DNA of 63,981 nucleotides, the filler included, from Reticulomyxa filosa (Eukaryota; Protista; Foraminifera): the NCBI GenBank assembly GCA_000512085.1. It is 19 parts of 19 records of this genome, joined end to end, with 100 filler letters (N's around TTAATTAATTAA, not from the genome) between each part and the next. Parts side by side here need not be neighbours in the genome. Positions count along the whole stretch, not along the records: positions 62,779 to 63,981 come from ASPP01031729.1; 18 more parts are not named here. One strand, 5' to 3'. Both the position numbers and the translations under genes were made by a program. Shown piece after piece: positions 62,809 to 63,981 of the stretch; positions within the stretch are counted from its first letter, which is position 1, and each line of letters begins with the position of its first letter. The notes under the pieces are model-generated. The model was not told where the DNA came from, did no database searches, and was given only the letters and a program-made list of their open reading frames with translations.

Positions 62809-63400
62809 GGGAAACGATGAATGAATGGATGAAATGGAAACTCTTTTTAAATGGCCCTTTGATCTGCCAAGTTAGTTTGCTATGGATTTGCATGGCCCAT
62901 AAAGACGCTACTTATATTGTCATTGTAATTTGGTCTTTCTTGGCCATCTTTGTCACGCACGACAAAACGAAATCCAATTATTTTTGGCTGGCTTTGGTCA
63001 TTATTACCTATTCTATCCTTATCTCTGCAATCAAGGTTTGTTTTTTTTTTTTTTTTTTTTCCCTCTGCTTCATTAATGGGGAGGAGAAAAAAAAAAAAAA
63101 AAAAAGGATCAATATGGACAAATATACTACAAAAAACAAACGAACAATACAATCAGTTCATATTTTACATTCCCGGTTTAATCGAAGACAAGAATACCAC
63201 TTTGAAGCATTTTGGTTTTTATGATTTTGGGTTTGTTATTTATTTTTTTGTTTTGTTTGTTTGTTCAAAGTTGTTCAGTTAAAAAAAGATAAGATAAAAT
63301 TAAAACAAAATAACAAAAGTGACAAATGTGGACCCTATTTATTTTTCTCCAGTGTTCCCTTTTTGGTGTTGTCCGCATGGATCCATTCTCAACGTTTGTT

Positions 63401-63435
<35 letters not shown>

Positions 63436-63920
63436 TTTTTCCAAATCTGCCTCTGCAAAAAACGTATACACACATACGTATGTTAAATACATGTATATAA
63501 ATATATACGTAAAGACTATGAAAAAGTCGACGAACTTCAACTAATGAACATAATCGAGCAACGAAAAGTCAGTGACGCAATAAAGGTCTCCCAAACCTCG
63601 CCGTTGAATTGGACGCGTTTGCGGTCGCATCGTGGAGGCAACGCATTGCACGCGTGCGTGGAAAAAGGGGCGACGGAGTTGGTGTCGTGGATTGCTCCGT
63701 TTGTTCATTGCAACGCGCGAGACATGTATGGACGTTTGCCACTGCAGCAAGCCATACAAATCAGAAACAGATATCCAAATCGTCTGGCGTTTCAAAAGCG
63801 ATATAATCAACTGATTGTGGAATTGGTGCGTGCAGGTTGTCGTCGAACCAGATATTTATCGTCATGGGAAAAGGCTTATTCATTTTTCACATTAGTGCGG
63901 AGATGTTTAGCAATTTTATA
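62809..63920 (+). CDS. Multi-TM protein fragment (Piezo-like helices) with ankyrin repeats, spliced, partial
   Basis: TM exons can be joined in frame to DELQLMNII..GGNALHACVEKG..ELV..CNARDMYGRLPL (ankyrin). Confidence 0.55.
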
Positions 63921-63981
63921 ATTCTTTGGTCCAATACATATATATGTACATATACATATACATATATATATATATATATAT

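Overview
This window is not one continuous locus. It is 19 draft-assembly contigs joined by 18 artificial 100-bp linkers (N44-TTAATTAATTAA-N44). Eighteen contigs are AT-rich, intron-containing eukaryotic DNA. Their expanded WD40 and Kelch families with a shared 'KLGWINDFDK' module, the pentapeptide-WD40 protein and the RGS and 7TM fragments resemble my recollection of the foraminiferan Reticulomyxa filosa (inference, not database-checked). Recognisable genes are NAT9, a 7TM protein, a RING-PHD-RanBP2-ZnF protein, VPS50, a divergent beta-adaptin, a TBC1D5-like RabGAP with a PH domain, an RGS domain, WD40 and Kelch paralogues and pseudogenes, GH31, a ferlin, a nucleoside hydrolase, delta-COP, GnT-I, eRF3, a P4-ATPase and a Piezo-like/ankyrin fragment. 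There is also a decayed non-LTR retrotransposon and Tc1/mariner-like termini at five contig ends. One contig (50111-52083) is a GC-rich betaproteobacterial pilMNOPQ operon fragment, probably a contaminant or associated bacterium. Best leads: (1) a ~286-nt structured element with tRNA-like ends and several cloverleaf-like modules; (2) a ~30-aa module that is N-terminal on WD40 and C-terminal on Kelch proteins, a candidate lineage-specific E3-ligase adaptor system; (3) poly-A 3' splice sites and GC-AG introns; (4) stop-adjacent frameshifts in otherwise intact genes, more likely homopolymer errors; (5) a pre-miRNA-like hairpin; (6) a GnT-I fused to an MGAT5-like C-terminal domain. All family assignments are from motif recognition, not searches.
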